Assembly (NCBI GenBank): GCA_003427395.1
Contig: BFEA01000025.1
Location: 2,305,151 to 2,369,150 of the forward strand
Length of the DNA stretch: 64,000 nucleotides
Direction of reading: 5' to 3'
Source of the DNA: Chara braunii
Taxonomy: Eukaryota; Plantae; Charophyceae
Part shown: positions 21,824 to 35,078 of the stretch, one piece after another
Position numbering within the stretch: position 1 is the first letter of the stretch
How the letters are laid out: each line of letters opens with the position of its first letter
Notes under the pieces: model-generated
The model's database searches: none
Told to the model about the DNA's origin: nothing
Seen by the model: the letters and a program-made list of their open reading frames with translations, nothing else
Position numbers and translations under genes: made by a program

Positions 21824-23588
21824 CACGGTTGCCAGGCAACGTACTCTGGCCCCTAAGCTGACCCTCCACTGTTCGGGCGTTCCGGTCCCCGTACAAAGCC
21901 CGAACCTGAAGGGGTTCGGATCCCCCCACAATTATTTTGGCACCTAAATATTCTTATTTTTTCCTGAAACTTTTTATGTAGGTTCTTTGTGACAAAAGGT
22001 ATTTCCCTCTTGATTTTGAAGCCATTCTGTTGAGCCCCCCCCACAAAAAAAAAAATCGGCGAAGATCGTCGTGTTGAAACTTTGCTTGCCCAATCACAAA
22101 TTTGACTTTTTTTTCTTTTCACTTTTTGTTTTTCCTTTATTTCGGGGCATGTAAAAAACTATTATTTTTTCAAACTTTTTGTATATTATCTTCTATTATG
22201 TAAGATACGCATACATAAATTTTCATGGCATTTGTCACTGACAAAATAAAATAAAAAATCACCAAAGATGGCGGCGTCAAAAACATGCTCGCGTACTCAA
22301 TATTTTCAATCTTGTTTTTTTTTTTTTAATTTTCATTACGATTATTTATTTTTAGTATTCAATTTTTATTCCAAATTTGGTAAAGAATTTGGATGTAACG
22401 TTGAGGCAAATGTTGTTTAGTTTATCCAGCCTGCAAATCCGGTTTCGTCCGGGCAACATTATCCAGCTTACAAATCCGAATAAATAAAAGAGTGTTTGGA
22501 TATTCGGATGTGCTACTTAACTAAATTTATTTCTCGTTTCATTTTTTCTTATTTCTATTATCAATATTTATTTTTCATATTTTATTTTCGTTTCACACTT
22601 GGCAAGGCATCTGGATGTAATGCTCATACAAATGTTGTTTATTTTAGTATTCTTCATAACATATCCTCACGTACTCCCGTACGATCTGGCATTCGGGTTC
22701 AAGCATTCGGCCTGTCCCAAATGCCAGTTAGGGTTACCAGTGTTCGGGTTTCGCAAAACTCTTGATCCCGAACCTGCCGAACGTTCGGCCCCATTTGGGA
22801 ATGCGTCTGCCCGCCCGTGCCAAATGCGAACTAAAAAAAAAAAAAAAAAAAAAAAAAAGTATGCAAAAAAATAAACCGAACAATACCTTTCTCGGCCTTT
22901 TGGCTAAGATCAAGTGTAGTATCTGTTCTGATCAGTTCAATATATGATCCGTGGTCCATTGGGCCACTACGATATTAAATTTATTTTTCTGGGCTGCGAA
23001 GGGGTCATATGGGTAGGCTTGCCTGCTCAACCCCTTCAGCGTTGGCACTGTATTACACTGCAGCAGAGTGTAATACAAATTCCTTGTCGAATGTGAAATA
23101 CAAATAAAATAAGAAAAAATAATAATAAGTTAATAACAAGAAAAACAATTGATAAAAAAATAAGTTAGCGAATGGGCGAGCCCGTTTTCGACACAACCAT
23201 CTTTGCCAATTTCTCATTTCTTCTTGGGCTAAATCTCATAGTTTTTTTTTTTTTTTCAATAATAAAATATTTGAGGTACCAAACTAAAATCAGAACAAAA
23301 TGTCAAAAGTGAAAAACAAAACAAATCAGTGGCCGCACAAGTTTTGACACCGCCAACTTTGCCGATTTTCATTTTTTTCTGGTTTGACAAAATGCCTTCA
23401 GAATGTTTCTGCATGTAGCAAATATCATAGAGAAACAAATTCAACAAAAAAAAGAATGATTTTTCAAACCCTAAATATTTTTTAGTGGGGGCTGATCCCC
23501 TTCAGGGTCGGACCCCAAAAAGGACACCAAACAGCCGAACCTTCATGGGAGACCCACAGGCCCCCCAACGCTCCGCCTGGTAACCATG
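21824..23588. mobile_element. Head-to-head pair of related non-autonomous TIR elements (21824-~22730 reversed; ~22730-23588 carrying U2)
   Basis: Ends CACGGTTGCCAG / CTGGTAACCATG and internal TAGGGTTACCAG; homologous blocks mirror each other and match 12218-12850 and 47060-47400. Confidence 0.6.
22883..23076 (+). ncRNA. U2: Full-length U2 snRNA copy, probably a pseudogene, embedded in a TIR element
   Basis: ATACCTTTCTCGGCCTTTTGGCTAAGATCAAGTGTAGTATCTGTTC (plant U2 5' end and branch-point recognition sequence), stem IIb, Sm-like AUUUAUUUUU, well-paired stem III, stem IV region; 194 nt. Mismatch in stem IIa, loop IV reads AUUACAC, no USE/TATA upstream. Confidence 0.9.
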
Positions 23589-23674
23589 TATATATTTATA
23601 TACATATATCCTCACAAACATATATATATAAAAGGGCCTTTACCCTATTCAGGCCTTGTAAAAGTAAAGCTGCG

Positions 23675-24740
23675 TGAAGGGGTATCTCACCAGGACCCAG
23701 GAAACGTGAAAACAGATCAAAGGTCAAGTTCTCTGGTCAAAGGGCACATCTAAACTAAAGCAAGAACTCATTGCCAAAGGTCATTGCCGGAGGTCATACA
23801 TGTTCGCCAGGGGACACACATGTCATGTCTGTTTCAGATAGGGTTGTGTCTGTACGTGCAGCCAGTGTGTCTGTTCGTGCAGAAAGAGATTGTCTATTCA
23901 CACAATATAGATGTCTGTTCAGGCAGTAAGTGTGTCTGTTCGTCCAAAGTTGTGCCTGTTCAAAAGTAAGTCAATAAACAGAGTTCCAGTTCTGATCTAA
24001 GTCTAGGAGACCGTCCAGATCCAGACGTCCAAGTCCAAAATCCAGGACGAAGGGCCTCAGCAGCAGTAGACCTCATTGGGACAGTACCGGGACATATGCA
24101 ATGCAGGGTAAGGGACAAAGGAAGGCCTGAATGAGCCAATGCAGACCCAGCGTGAGGAGGCCAGCACTATAAAGGAAGCAGCCAGCCTCATTCAACGCCA
24201 GATCTCTACTGGCATTCTGTGCGTGTCGAAGCACTTGTGCGCCAGCGAGAAGGAGCAGCGCTGGAGGATGAAGATGCGCTAGGAGAGGGAAGAAGACTGG
24301 GCGCTGGGAAGAGAAGCAGCCATAGCTGCCCAGCGAGTTAGTATTAGTCTTAAGATGGTTAGTAGTAGTCTTCTATGAGTAGCATTCAGAGTAGACACTT
24401 GAGAGAAAAGAGTTTGCATGCGTAGTAGGAAGGAGAAACTGAGACAGAGAGTGTGCAAGCAAGGGTCGGCTATGGTGAATACTTACCTGAGTTGGATATG
24501 ATCTGCAAAGGTGGCACTAATGTGTAGAAGCCACATTGATAATTTGGATGAGACATTTGTATTGCGCTGTTAAGCGCCTGAACTCAAAGAACTATGACAC
24601 TCTATGTAATCATAGTTTTGATAATATAAGCTGCGCAACTTGGTTCTCTTCTTACCTCTTTGTCAAGTGTGTGAAGTTTTCCATTCATTGTGTATGGCGA
24701 TGGTGCCTGCTGTGAACACTCTTGCGTGAGTTGGTCTTCA
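23675..24740 (+). mobile_element. Possible solo LTR
   Basis: TGAAG...CTTCA termini, TATA-like CACTATAAAGG near 24166, set between (TA)n tracts; no matching TSD seen. Confidence 0.4.
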
Positions 24741-27275
24741 GGACCCATGCATATATATATAGCATGTATATATATACATAAATATATATAGATGGTCGTC
24801 AACGCATGAAACGAAACATGCCGCTTCTCAATTTATCACACCTATACATATTGCACACTGTTGAGCTTAACAGTACACATTGATGCTAAACAGCAGTCGA
24901 GGTTCACGTGGATTATCACTTAACAATAAAATCAGTTAGGTGATTTTCCACACTGTTGAGGGTTCAGCCTCGCCGAAACAGTTTGTTACAACCCCTTCTT
25001 TCTCGTCCTCTTCTCCCTCTCTGCCTATCGTTGAGTCAGCGAGACTCCGACGAAATAGTTTCTGAAAGCCCCTCGTTCCTTGTTTTCTTTCTCCTATGTG
25101 ACTACGAATTGCCAGACAGTTATATTTGACAATATATATATAGTAACCACGGGCCCGGACACTGGACACTTGCCGATTGTCTTCCAGACTATGCCCGGTC
25201 TTTTCAGTGATCAGGACACCACCAGACACCCGAACACCCTGACATCACGGACCCGGACAGTCCAGACCAATGTCAAGAGGTACAAAATGTCCAGACTGGT
25301 AAAAAAAACAAAAGAGAACAGAAAGGGGGCATTGGGTGGATGGGTGGGGGTGCTGGCATGCACTCCAATGATTTGCACTTTATAGTTTCGGCAACAGAGC
25401 ACCTTTCTTGCTGCAAATGAACAAGCACATACAACTAGCAGAAATGCAAAGTCGCAAACAGTGCAAACCAGGCATAATACTTTGAATTGTCATCAAAACA
25501 CTCAGTAAGAAACAGAGAAAACAAATTTGAAAATAATATGATCAACTAATTTAACTTTGAATTAGGTGATTTAACCTCATAACTTCGTATAAATCACAAG
25601 TTCGAACTTTACACGTCAATTTAGAACGTCAGAGTCTTCGTACTGGCACCACTGTCAGTACTCTCTCTCTCTCTCNCTCTCCCTCTCTAGAGCGGACAGC
25701 AGCGGTGGGCGGCATGTCAAAACAGCCGCCTTGCAATTGCCTGTGTGAAGCCCGCCACACCAAAAACCTGCAGTGTCTTGTGTCCATACCTCTAGGCCCT
25801 GCCGGGGGGGTGAAATGCCCAGGACCCGAACGACATCCCGGTCACCAATTTTGTTTCTCCGATTTTTCCCCTTAGTGCCTCCATCCAGAGATCAATTCAC
25901 CAGACCTGGACACGTTCTTCCGAACTTTCTGGAACCTGGTCAGACGTCCCGGGTCGATTACCATGAGAAATATGTATATAGCGTCAACGGGCTAAGACTC
26001 TTTACACAGTGCCCAAGGAGTCTCTCATGGTTGCAGTTCAATTCACAATAGGCTAAGACTCGGTACCATTCCCCTTGCTAATGATAGGATGCGAAAAAAA
26101 ACACGGTCCTGTGAGTGTACCTGAAATGAGTGGCCCTTGTTTTCTCCCAAATGTTTTTTCTCGCCCATATGAAAAACAGGCTGCCTTACTTTGCTAACAA
26201 TCCACCAAGCTGTTTGACCATCGGAACGAAATTCGACCAAAAACAGCTTTCGTGTTAGCATGGAACATTTTTCTTCACGACCCTACACACAAACCGTTCT
26301 GCCAACCATGGCAGGAGGAGCCTCGAACATACCACATCGTAGTGTTAAGGCCCCAAGAAGGTCGAGAGACGGATGGAAGTATTATTAATAGCACTAACGT
26401 ACAAAGGGGACTATGGTTTTCGAAATAATAAGGGCAAGGCGCTCTGCAGGAAACCAGGAGATTAAAGAAGGGGGGGGGGGGGGGGGAGCTTTAGGACAAC
26501 CTAGACAATAGCATATATAAAGGAGATTTTGACGGGCACATCGTAACAGATAGGACTTTGTCCTTGCTCGGTGGAAAATGTACGTTCCGGGTAAGTACGG
26601 GGAGCACATCGTTCGCCCGCTCGTCGGGGACCCTTGCCTCATTAGTGCAATCTGCAGGCACAAATACCTTCTTACAATTAGGACCGTTCCCTGGTGTAGC
26701 AATGGGGTAATGATGAGAAAAATAAAGGTTGGATAACCTGAAAAACAGCAAAACCGGGAAATTCAAGGAGAAAACGAAGAACGAGGAGAACATAGAGAAT
26801 CAATGATGCTGGAAACTTTACTCGAACGAAAGAAAATGAAAAAGAATTAATAGGGGGGACAGAGGGAGGGATGGGCCGATAGGTCCATAATGACTGGGTA
26901 CTACCTAAAAAATTATTAGAGGAAGAACGCAAGGAAGAACGAGCACAAAGCGAAGTTAAGCCAACAGTACCTCGCTCAGCGTTCGGCCGCAGGCCTTCCC
27001 GTATACGCGCCCCAGCCTCAGGCTGGTCGGCCAAGGGAAGGCCCGGTCGTAGCGCCAAGGCCGGGCCCTGCTTCTGTAAGAACGACACACGATCAAAAAG
27101 AAAGAAGGAAAAAAAAATGAAATACACACACAAAACAAAACCGGGAAAACAGTTAAGTCGTGAGAGAGAGGAAGAGAGAGAGAGAGAGAGTCTATTCTCG
27201 AAAAACGAAACGGGAATGCATCTTCCCGCTATCGCGGGAAAATGCATTCCCGCTCCCTTTCTCGAACGAGCTAGA

Positions 27276-27663
27276 GAGAGAGAGGGGCGGCGAGCTCGCC
27301 ACAACCCTCCGTGCAGGTCGCCGCCACTCTCTCTCTCTCTCTCGCGCGCGTCGCGGCTGGGCTCATGGTACTACGCCCTCCATAGGATGAGCAAAATCGA
27401 ATGAATTTGGCGCTATAGCGTGGGAATATACATTGGGGACTGAATCTGGCGCTATAGCGTGGGAATATACATTGCTTTGTTTTTGTGTGTGTGTGTGTGT
27501 GAGAGAGAAAGAGAGGGGCAGCGAGTTCGCCGCGACCCTCCGAGCAGGTCACCACCTCTCTCTCTCTCTCTCTCTCTCTTCGCGGTTGGCCTCATGATGT
27601 ACTGCACTCTCCATACGATGAGCAAAATCGAATGAATGTGGCGCTAGAGTGTGGGAATATACA
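27276..27663. repeat. Diverged ~160-bp duplication with GA/CT/GT microsatellites
   Basis: GAGGGGCRGCGAG...GATGAGCAAAATCGAATGAAT...GTGGGAATATACA twice. Confidence 0.85.
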
Positions 27664-28440
27664 GTGCCTTACTTTTTTTTTTTCGTTTTTTTTTTTCCCG
27701 TTTTATTCATTCTTTCACTCCGACGTTCGGAATGCCTGCGCCAAGTACGCCGAGCCTCGGCACGGACCGGCGTACCAGTCGGCCCAGGCTCGGACTCGAT
27801 AGCTGGGCCAGGTACTGGTGGTTTAAGGGAGAACACGACCACCGCAGATTCATAAATCCAGTCGAAATTTTGCCGACGCCCTATGCTCCACAAGTGCATT
27901 GCATACATTGCATTTGCTATATGTGAATTGAAACAATAAACGTTGGATGAGCGATTTAAGACTAACGTGAAAAAAAAGGGTAGCAAGACTGAGCAGTGAA
28001 ATCAAGTTGCGAACTTCAAAGCATTCTTACCACGACACATGTCATAATGCTTTATACAACTTTTATTATTTATAAAACAGAATAGTATTTTTTTCTCATT
28101 CAAGAATTACAAATCTTAACGACGCAATCAAGTGAACTTGAGGACAAGGAGAGATGAATCCTGGCACGTCGTGGTACGTACACCTGAAATAAAAAAGGAA
28201 AATTGGAGATGAATTCATTTTTGGAGTGAAAAATGTACAAGCGTTGCACTCAAACCTCCAATACCTCTCCCACCCAGAAACAAATTCCCCGTCGATTAAC
28301 ATTAAGTGGCCCCACGCAAGCGAGCCAACCAGAGTTTTATGCCACGCAGGGCCCCCTACCGAAGAATGGAAAAGCTACTGGCAAGTGGCAGCACTCGGTG
28401 AAAGTGTAAGAGTCAAAAGGCAATCACGTTATTCAACAGG

Positions 28441-28540
28441 AAACCTGCTCGGCCTTTTGCCTAAGCTCAAATTGCAATGTACCTGTTCTGATCATCAGTT
28501 TGATATCTGATTCGTGGTCCATCGGACAACACGATATTAA
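28441..28540 (+). pseudogene. U2: Degenerate 3'-truncated U2 snRNA pseudogene
   Basis: CTCGGCCTTTTGCCTAAGCTCAA...CTGTTCTGATCATCAGTTTGATATCTGAT-TCGTGGTCCATCGGACAACACGATATTAA then an A-run; branch-recognition GTAGTA destroyed; stops before the Sm site. Confidence 0.8.
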
Positions 28541-31240
28541 AAAAATATCGTCAAATCAGAGAAAACGAAACCTGCAACGAATGGTCACACATAAAACATA
28601 TGAACGAGCTGTGGCTCTTGTTTCATACATTGAACGAGACCACTTAAGCTAGGTTGCTGCATGGAGGTTGGAGACCAAAACGACTTGCTGATTATTGCAA
28701 CCCACGAGTTCACACTCAAGCACGACCTGCACAAGCACTTGCAGAAGATGGCAGAGATCATTCATTCTCTACCCAATATGAGATGACCCGTACAAGCCAG
28801 TAAGCAAACTACAACCATGAACATCCCTCATAAGGTGCTACCAATGCATAGGCTTCTATAATGCGCTGAAGTCCAAATGGTTTCAGCTTCTTACAGTGTG
28901 ACGTCTTCAAACCACAATGAGATATTCTGAAGGCACCAAATTGCCAGAAAACTCTGAGCCTCGATAAATATCGGCATCGGGATGAAATGTTTGCACCGGC
29001 ATCAAGACTATCGCGAACATACTATCTGTGATAGTCTGACGAAGTGCATTCGCGAAAAGGAACATAGACGCCCCTTGCAGCGATGACGTGTGGGTATTTC
29101 CTTTCTCACAGAGCAATTGACATCTTCGTTTCTAACACTTACATTCTCCTGTGCGGTCACACGCGACAGCTCTGGGCTTGAAGGGCCTCTAATATGCAAC
29201 AAGTGCGTCTTTAATTGCGAATGTCGGCCCCACGCGAGCATGTCTGGAGAGACATGTCGCACGGGAGCTCAAAGTGTTCTTCATTACAAATGTGCGCCGC
29301 ACAGGAGACCTATTCGGTACCCGGATTATACCCTATACAATAGAAAGAATCTACTAATGGGCAACAGGTGCGTTTTTCATTGCCAACGTAGGCCTCTCAC
29401 GGGAGAGCACCGATCTGCAGCCGGGTCACCCTATTCAGCATTGGCGAATGCCCAAGCCAATGACTACCATTCACGTTCTGCGCACTTCGTTGCTGAGATT
29501 TCTAACGAATGCCCTTGTCGGGTCGTTGAACGTACATCTCTCACATCGTATATTAAATTGCAACCAGTCCAACAGCCATCACACACTTTCCTGAACCTCC
29601 CTCCACTACTACTCACCAAGTGTACCAATCCGAGAACGCAATCTCCAACAAAAACATCAGTAAACTCCATCGCTAAATCTTTCATCGCTCATCTTCTTCG
29701 CTGTTTAATCCGCCTAGTACCTTTACCTTCTTGAAATGTCCAACAGACATGGGTAATTGACTTAGGGGCGCACGGGTGCGCAGCCCGTAGGAGACATTAT
29801 TGGTGACGTTTACTAGGGTGACCGTTGCATGAGAAAAAGGAGTACTTGTGTGTACGTGTCAAGATTAGTGTGTATGTGTTTGTGTGAAACTTCGTGTTTG
29901 TCACACCTGTTATTGTTGGAATGCGTGGGATTTAGGTAATTTGTATGGTATTAAGATATGAGAGACATTTGGCATACCTTGAGTCATAGTTGGTGTCAAG
30001 ATTGGTGGCCGTTGAACCTTGGTGACGAGGCCGGTCGCATGTGTTCGAGTGTTTGTTGTAAGTTTCTTATTTTATTAACTGAAATGTGTCTGACTCAATC
30101 CGGCGCTGAACGTGCGTTTCCGGCGGTGTTTGCACTTACAAATGCAATGCAGGTGGGTCATTTCAACCTGCGGCCCAGGCCGCGCCCTGTCCGATTCAGA
30201 CTTTTCCATTTTACCACGCTGACGCTGCTTTGCCACCGTTTCGACAAAAACTAGGCGCGGGATCCCACAGGCAGCTACCGGTCCCCGCATTTTTCAAAGA
30301 AACTGCCCCCCCCCCCCCAAAGTGGCGTCCCTGCACCTGCCTGCATTTCAACGACAGGCATAACAAACGACAGCGAAAATGTATCGGGGCTAAATGTCTC
30401 AGGAGGGGGAAACGCACCGTGAGGGCTGCGAACACGGGGAGGTCAGGGTCCCCAATTGACAAACGCCGGAATCGTGCATATCAGAAAAACAAAACAAAAG
30501 AAAACAAATGATACACGAAATTCAAATAAGATCAAAAACGAAAAGACAGCCACATCCTCGCAAAAGCGGAGGGAGTGGAAAAGAGCGTGTGCTTCTTTCT
30601 CGTTTTTGGCAGACATTCATTCCCAAATTCGTACCACGCAAGCAACGAGCCCACACCCGCAAGAGCAGGAGACAGAGTACCTCGTCCAAGATGAGAAAAT
30701 GTGCTACTCTTTCCGTCTCTCGTGCCCACACGCACGCACGTTCATGCGCGCAGAATGTGTGCAGATTCCTTTCCTCTCCACATCACCAAACACGACAAGG
30801 GACGGAGAGAGAGAGAGAAAGCGGCCCGTAAGTTGCCTTTCCGTTCTGCACGTAAAAGAACGCGCAGCGAGAGAGTCGGAGAGAGAATACATACGTTCGC
30901 ATCGCAGTGCGGAACAACTGCACGCTAAACACCGAGATTATATCCCTCTCCCCGTCCCCTTTCCCGACCCCTTCCTCCATCAATTTGAACTCTTCGTTTT
31001 TCCTCTTCCGTTTTTCATCAGTCGAAACCATTGTCTTCTTTTATTTATTTTTCCTTTCTAGAGAGAACATCAATCCCGCCACCTGGTCGCTCTAGGCTCG
31101 GCATAGCGGTACCAGGAGTCTCCTATTTGATAGCTGAGAAGGGTGCTGACGGCCGTGACTTTTGGGGCTCGGCCAGGGGAACGCCCGGTAGCTAACCGCA
31201 CGACTTTCTTTTCCCAAGAAAAAAAAAACAAAAAAAAAAG

Positions 31241-31535
31241 CTGAGCTCCCAGAGTGGCCTGGAGCCACTTGCCAGTCCGGGTCAAAAACAATTATAAACG
31301 AATAAATAAATAATTTTAACTTTGATTGGTCAAAAACAATTACAAACAAATAAATAAATAATTTTAACTTCGATTGTTTATTTTAACTACGATCGAAATT
31401 TCGATGTTAGCCTGCGACAATAGGCTAGTTCTTTTTCGAATTTTTTCATTTCCTTCTTTCTGTTTTGCTAGGACCTTCTCTGGTCCTTGCACGGCCGGAA
31501 ATAGGCTGACCCTGCCGGCCCGGCTGGGAGCCTAG
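31241..31535. mobile_element. Diverged CTAG-MITE copy
   Basis: GCTCCCAGAGTGGCC ... CCGGCTGGGAGC-CTAG. Confidence 0.7.
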
Positions 31536-34500
31536 GAAAGAAGGCACCCAAAAAAATAAAAAAGAAGTCTTACCTTCTCTAAGACAGAGAAAAAGCAAAT
31601 CAAATAAGAGATTGAGAGCGAGCAAGAGAGAGGGTGCACTCGGGGACACCTGAACGTTCAAAACAAAAATGAATCTGACAGCCATTTGGATGAAGATCCA
31701 TTCCGTTTTGCACATTCGTTGACTCCGCCATTATGCCGAGGCAGTCCTTACAGCTCGCCGGTTCTCCCTGATAGAGAAGGGCGCAGCATTCGCTTTACCA
31801 CCTCAGAAAACGCACCCAATTCTCTCTCTCGCTGCCTCTCTCCCTCATCTCTCTCTCTTCCCCGCACTTCGTGACACAGAACGCACTATATTTTTCTTCA
31901 ACTGTTGAATTGTTTTTGTTTTCTTTTTGGAAGTAGTCTTTTGTTCAAAAGGAAGAATAAAGAAGAAAGCACCACCACCGGTACCTCTAGTCTTGGCACG
32001 GGTCACAACCAGTAGTTCGAGGGCCGGACTTAATAGCTGCGCGAGGTACTGGTGGTTAAGTATGGGGCTTCGCCTCACTACTTCAGCAAACTCGTTGCTT
32101 GGCGAGGTACGCTTCACAGAAGAGGATCCCACCAAAAACTTTATTTCCAGAAAACTGGGTTGGCAAGGGTCACCGAATACGCCCGACTTCCCTGCTTGCA
32201 ACTCTTTTTGGTGGGACCCTTGGGCAACCCTTATGCATGGTGCGGTTGGGACCAGTCTGGAACGCCCGCCATTCTGGACAGGCTGGCCGTTCAGTGTTCA
32301 CCGAGCTCATCATAGAGTTCATTCGCATCTGGACAACATCACGACTTCCCACATCCGCCCGATGACTTCTCTTGGCCGCACCACAATCGCCAAACGTGGA
32401 TCATCTGGAGGCGATTTAGTGCCCAGTTAACATACGATCAAGCTGTGAGGTGAGGGCTCAGATTGCTGAGTTTTCGAAACCCTTTTTCTGATGCTGAGAA
32501 CTCGCCACAGCATCACGTGGTGAGCAGTAGTCTTATACGGCGAGCAGTGCGGCGAGCACCGTCGTCTTTTTCACTTCTGGTACTTTCGGCGAACGGTGCG
32601 CCGAGGTCCCCTCTTGTGGAATTGATAAAGCTGACCTTCCCAGATAGTCCGTGGATCTCGTGCAAGCGGACAAGAGCCTCACCATCCACCGCGAGTTTGA
32701 TTTCTCCGTGAAAATGGAGTATCCTCGGCCAAATACACAAGGAGGTGACACTCACACCAATTTCATATACGTATCGCATGGCAGCTATATCGAGAACCCA
32801 ATCGATCTCATTGTAATCAGGACAACTGCAGAGTCCAGAAACCCTTGCGAGGTACATGACCTTGAGAGGGTCATTTAAAACACCAAATATGCCAAACGAG
32901 AATAAACCTGCCGCTACGACATGGAAAGAAACCGAAATATTGTTGTCTTTCGTACAAGACGCGCTGCGTAGCGAAGAGACACACGCCAGCCGCTTCACAA
33001 AATTACCTCCGCTACCGCCGAACTTTCTTTTTTTTCTTCCTAATTACAACACACTACACCTGATCTTAGCGAAAAGGATTCCGCCCAAGCCTGGCGTAAA
33101 GGCGGGTTTCTTTTTTGTCTCCCTGATTAGAAGACACACCACCTGATCTTCGCGAAAAGGCTGCCGCCCATTCGTAACAGTAAGTGTAGATCACGTCGGG
33201 ACGCAAGAATCGTGATCGAGACTTCAGCTTCCGCCCAAGCTTCGGAAGTCCGGAACGATTGGGCTACCGATCTGCCATGTCGCGAGAGATTTCCGACGAG
33301 TACTTCACCACTTTGCGCGGCTCCTTGTTCGTTAATCAGAAGAGGGATTTCCAATGGTTGCGTCGGCCAGTGGCAGTTTGGGTTTGAAGGAGAACAGAGG
33401 GAAGAGGTTTCTTAACACGGGACAAAATTAACGACTACCTACCCCTTCGGCACGCAGGAGGTTGGAGCTGAAGACCTGATATCCGACATAGGCAATGCAG
33501 AGGACAAAAACAAAACTGGCATCTTTTGTTGCGTAAGATGTACAAATACAACAGCATGCTCGCACACACAGAACAAGCCTCAAGAACACCGGCAGACCTC
33601 TCATGTGGAAGGCTTGCCATTTAACGACTACATACGTGAAATTATTTGTCTATCCATTCCAACATTAGCGCAACCAACCACGTTCGGTGGCAGGTCTGTT
33701 CCTGCAAGCAATCCGGGCATATATCAAAAAGCTTTTAGCAAGTTGGCGGCGAATAGACGTACTACTGCATATACGGCGCAAAGAAGGAATGCGAAATATG
33801 TGATATTGAAGACACCAAGCCGTTCACGGAGGAGATAGACCTAACCTAGTAAACCAAGTAATGGCACTTGAACAGAATTTACGCACAACGAAACTGAGAT
33901 CGATGACTATACTTTAAGTCGGAACGGAGGACCCAACATACAGGCATCAATATCTGGTTGTATACTACAAGGCGAAAACATCCACTATAGAGTTAAGCAG
34001 AGAATGGCGGAGCGTCGGAAAGTCTGTTTCGCATTTTTCTCGTAGAATTTAGAAGAGAAAAATGCTTTGCAACCGACGGCGCAAAAGTGGACCAGGTGCA
34101 GATAAAGGAAACAGAAATGCAGAGATTGAGAGAAAAAGAACAGAACCAGGGTGAGCCGATCGTGAGCAAAAGGTTACCAGAAGAGATAAAAGGAGAAATA
34201 GCTAAAAAAATTTAAAAAAAGTAAAAGGCAGGTCAGTTGAAGGGAAACCGGAAGCGTGGGTGAGCAGTACCCTACGTACCACAATGTCGACTTCCGAGGT
34301 ATATCATTACAATCAGGCAAAACCCTCCATCAGCCTCCCAGGATACGGTATATCAGCAGACCATGCGCAACTCGACATGAATTTCATGCGCCAGCCAGCC
34401 GGCACTCTACCGCCTCTTCCCTTCCTTCTCTTACTACTAGTGCTGATTTGTCTCTTTTCCCCCACCCTCCTCCGTAGACAATTTAACCAACGTCGCCGTC

Positions 34501-34867
34501 CTGACCGAATGAAACCCGAGGTTTCAGCACCGCTGAACATACATACTTGACCACGGCGCGTACCAGACTTGGTTACCAGTGACCTATGCGACTGAATGAA
34601 CAACTGACCTGGTAAGCACAGCATAAAAAGAGCTGGCAGCTAAATGCCGATGCAGGCTTAGACAGATAACGAACTACATTGGGAGTGACGGCACTCCTGC
34701 TCTAGTCATAGCGGGAGAGAGCGAGGATTCAGTTCCGGTTGTGACGCTTACTACCCTAGATGTGTCGCGTGATAACCACGAGGAGAACACCAAAAAAGAA
34801 ACAGCGAAAGAACTGAAAGCTTAAACAGGCTAACAAAAGTTAAAAAGTTTCGCCGAATCCATCAGTT

Positions 34868-35078
34868 TCACGGCTGCATTGCTTCCGCGTGGTACGAGTC
34901 GAGCTCCGCATCGAGTTCCTCCGCAGTCTTCGTCGGCCCATTGTCGCCGCGCCCCCTTCCGCGCCCCCCACGTCCGCGACCCCTTCCCGCTACACCGCCA
35001 GCTCCTACCCTACCGCCTCGTCCCCTGCCGCCGCTGACCCTTCCAGCACCAATACCCCTTCCACGGAACGCACCTCCC
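34868..35078 (-). CDS. ALY: ALY exon 5 (RGG region and C-terminal UAP56-binding motif)
   Basis: ggcag|G GGA phase-2 junction; ends AEELDAELDSYHAEAMQP TGA. Confidence 0.93.

Noticed and set aside
24479-24515. ATACTTACCTG, identical to the U1 snRNA 5' end, with weak GATC..AAGG similarity after it
   Set aside because: Only 11 nt, equally the reverse complement of a consensus 5' splice site; no plant U1 stems or Sm site follow.
28900-29734. 214-aa Cys-rich ORF and possible antisense LRR-like remnant
   Set aside because: No recognisable domain, splice structure or proper start; the antisense frame has many stops.
31845-32998. Overlapping 118-167 aa ORFs
   Set aside because: No recognisable homology; cannot be supported as a gene.
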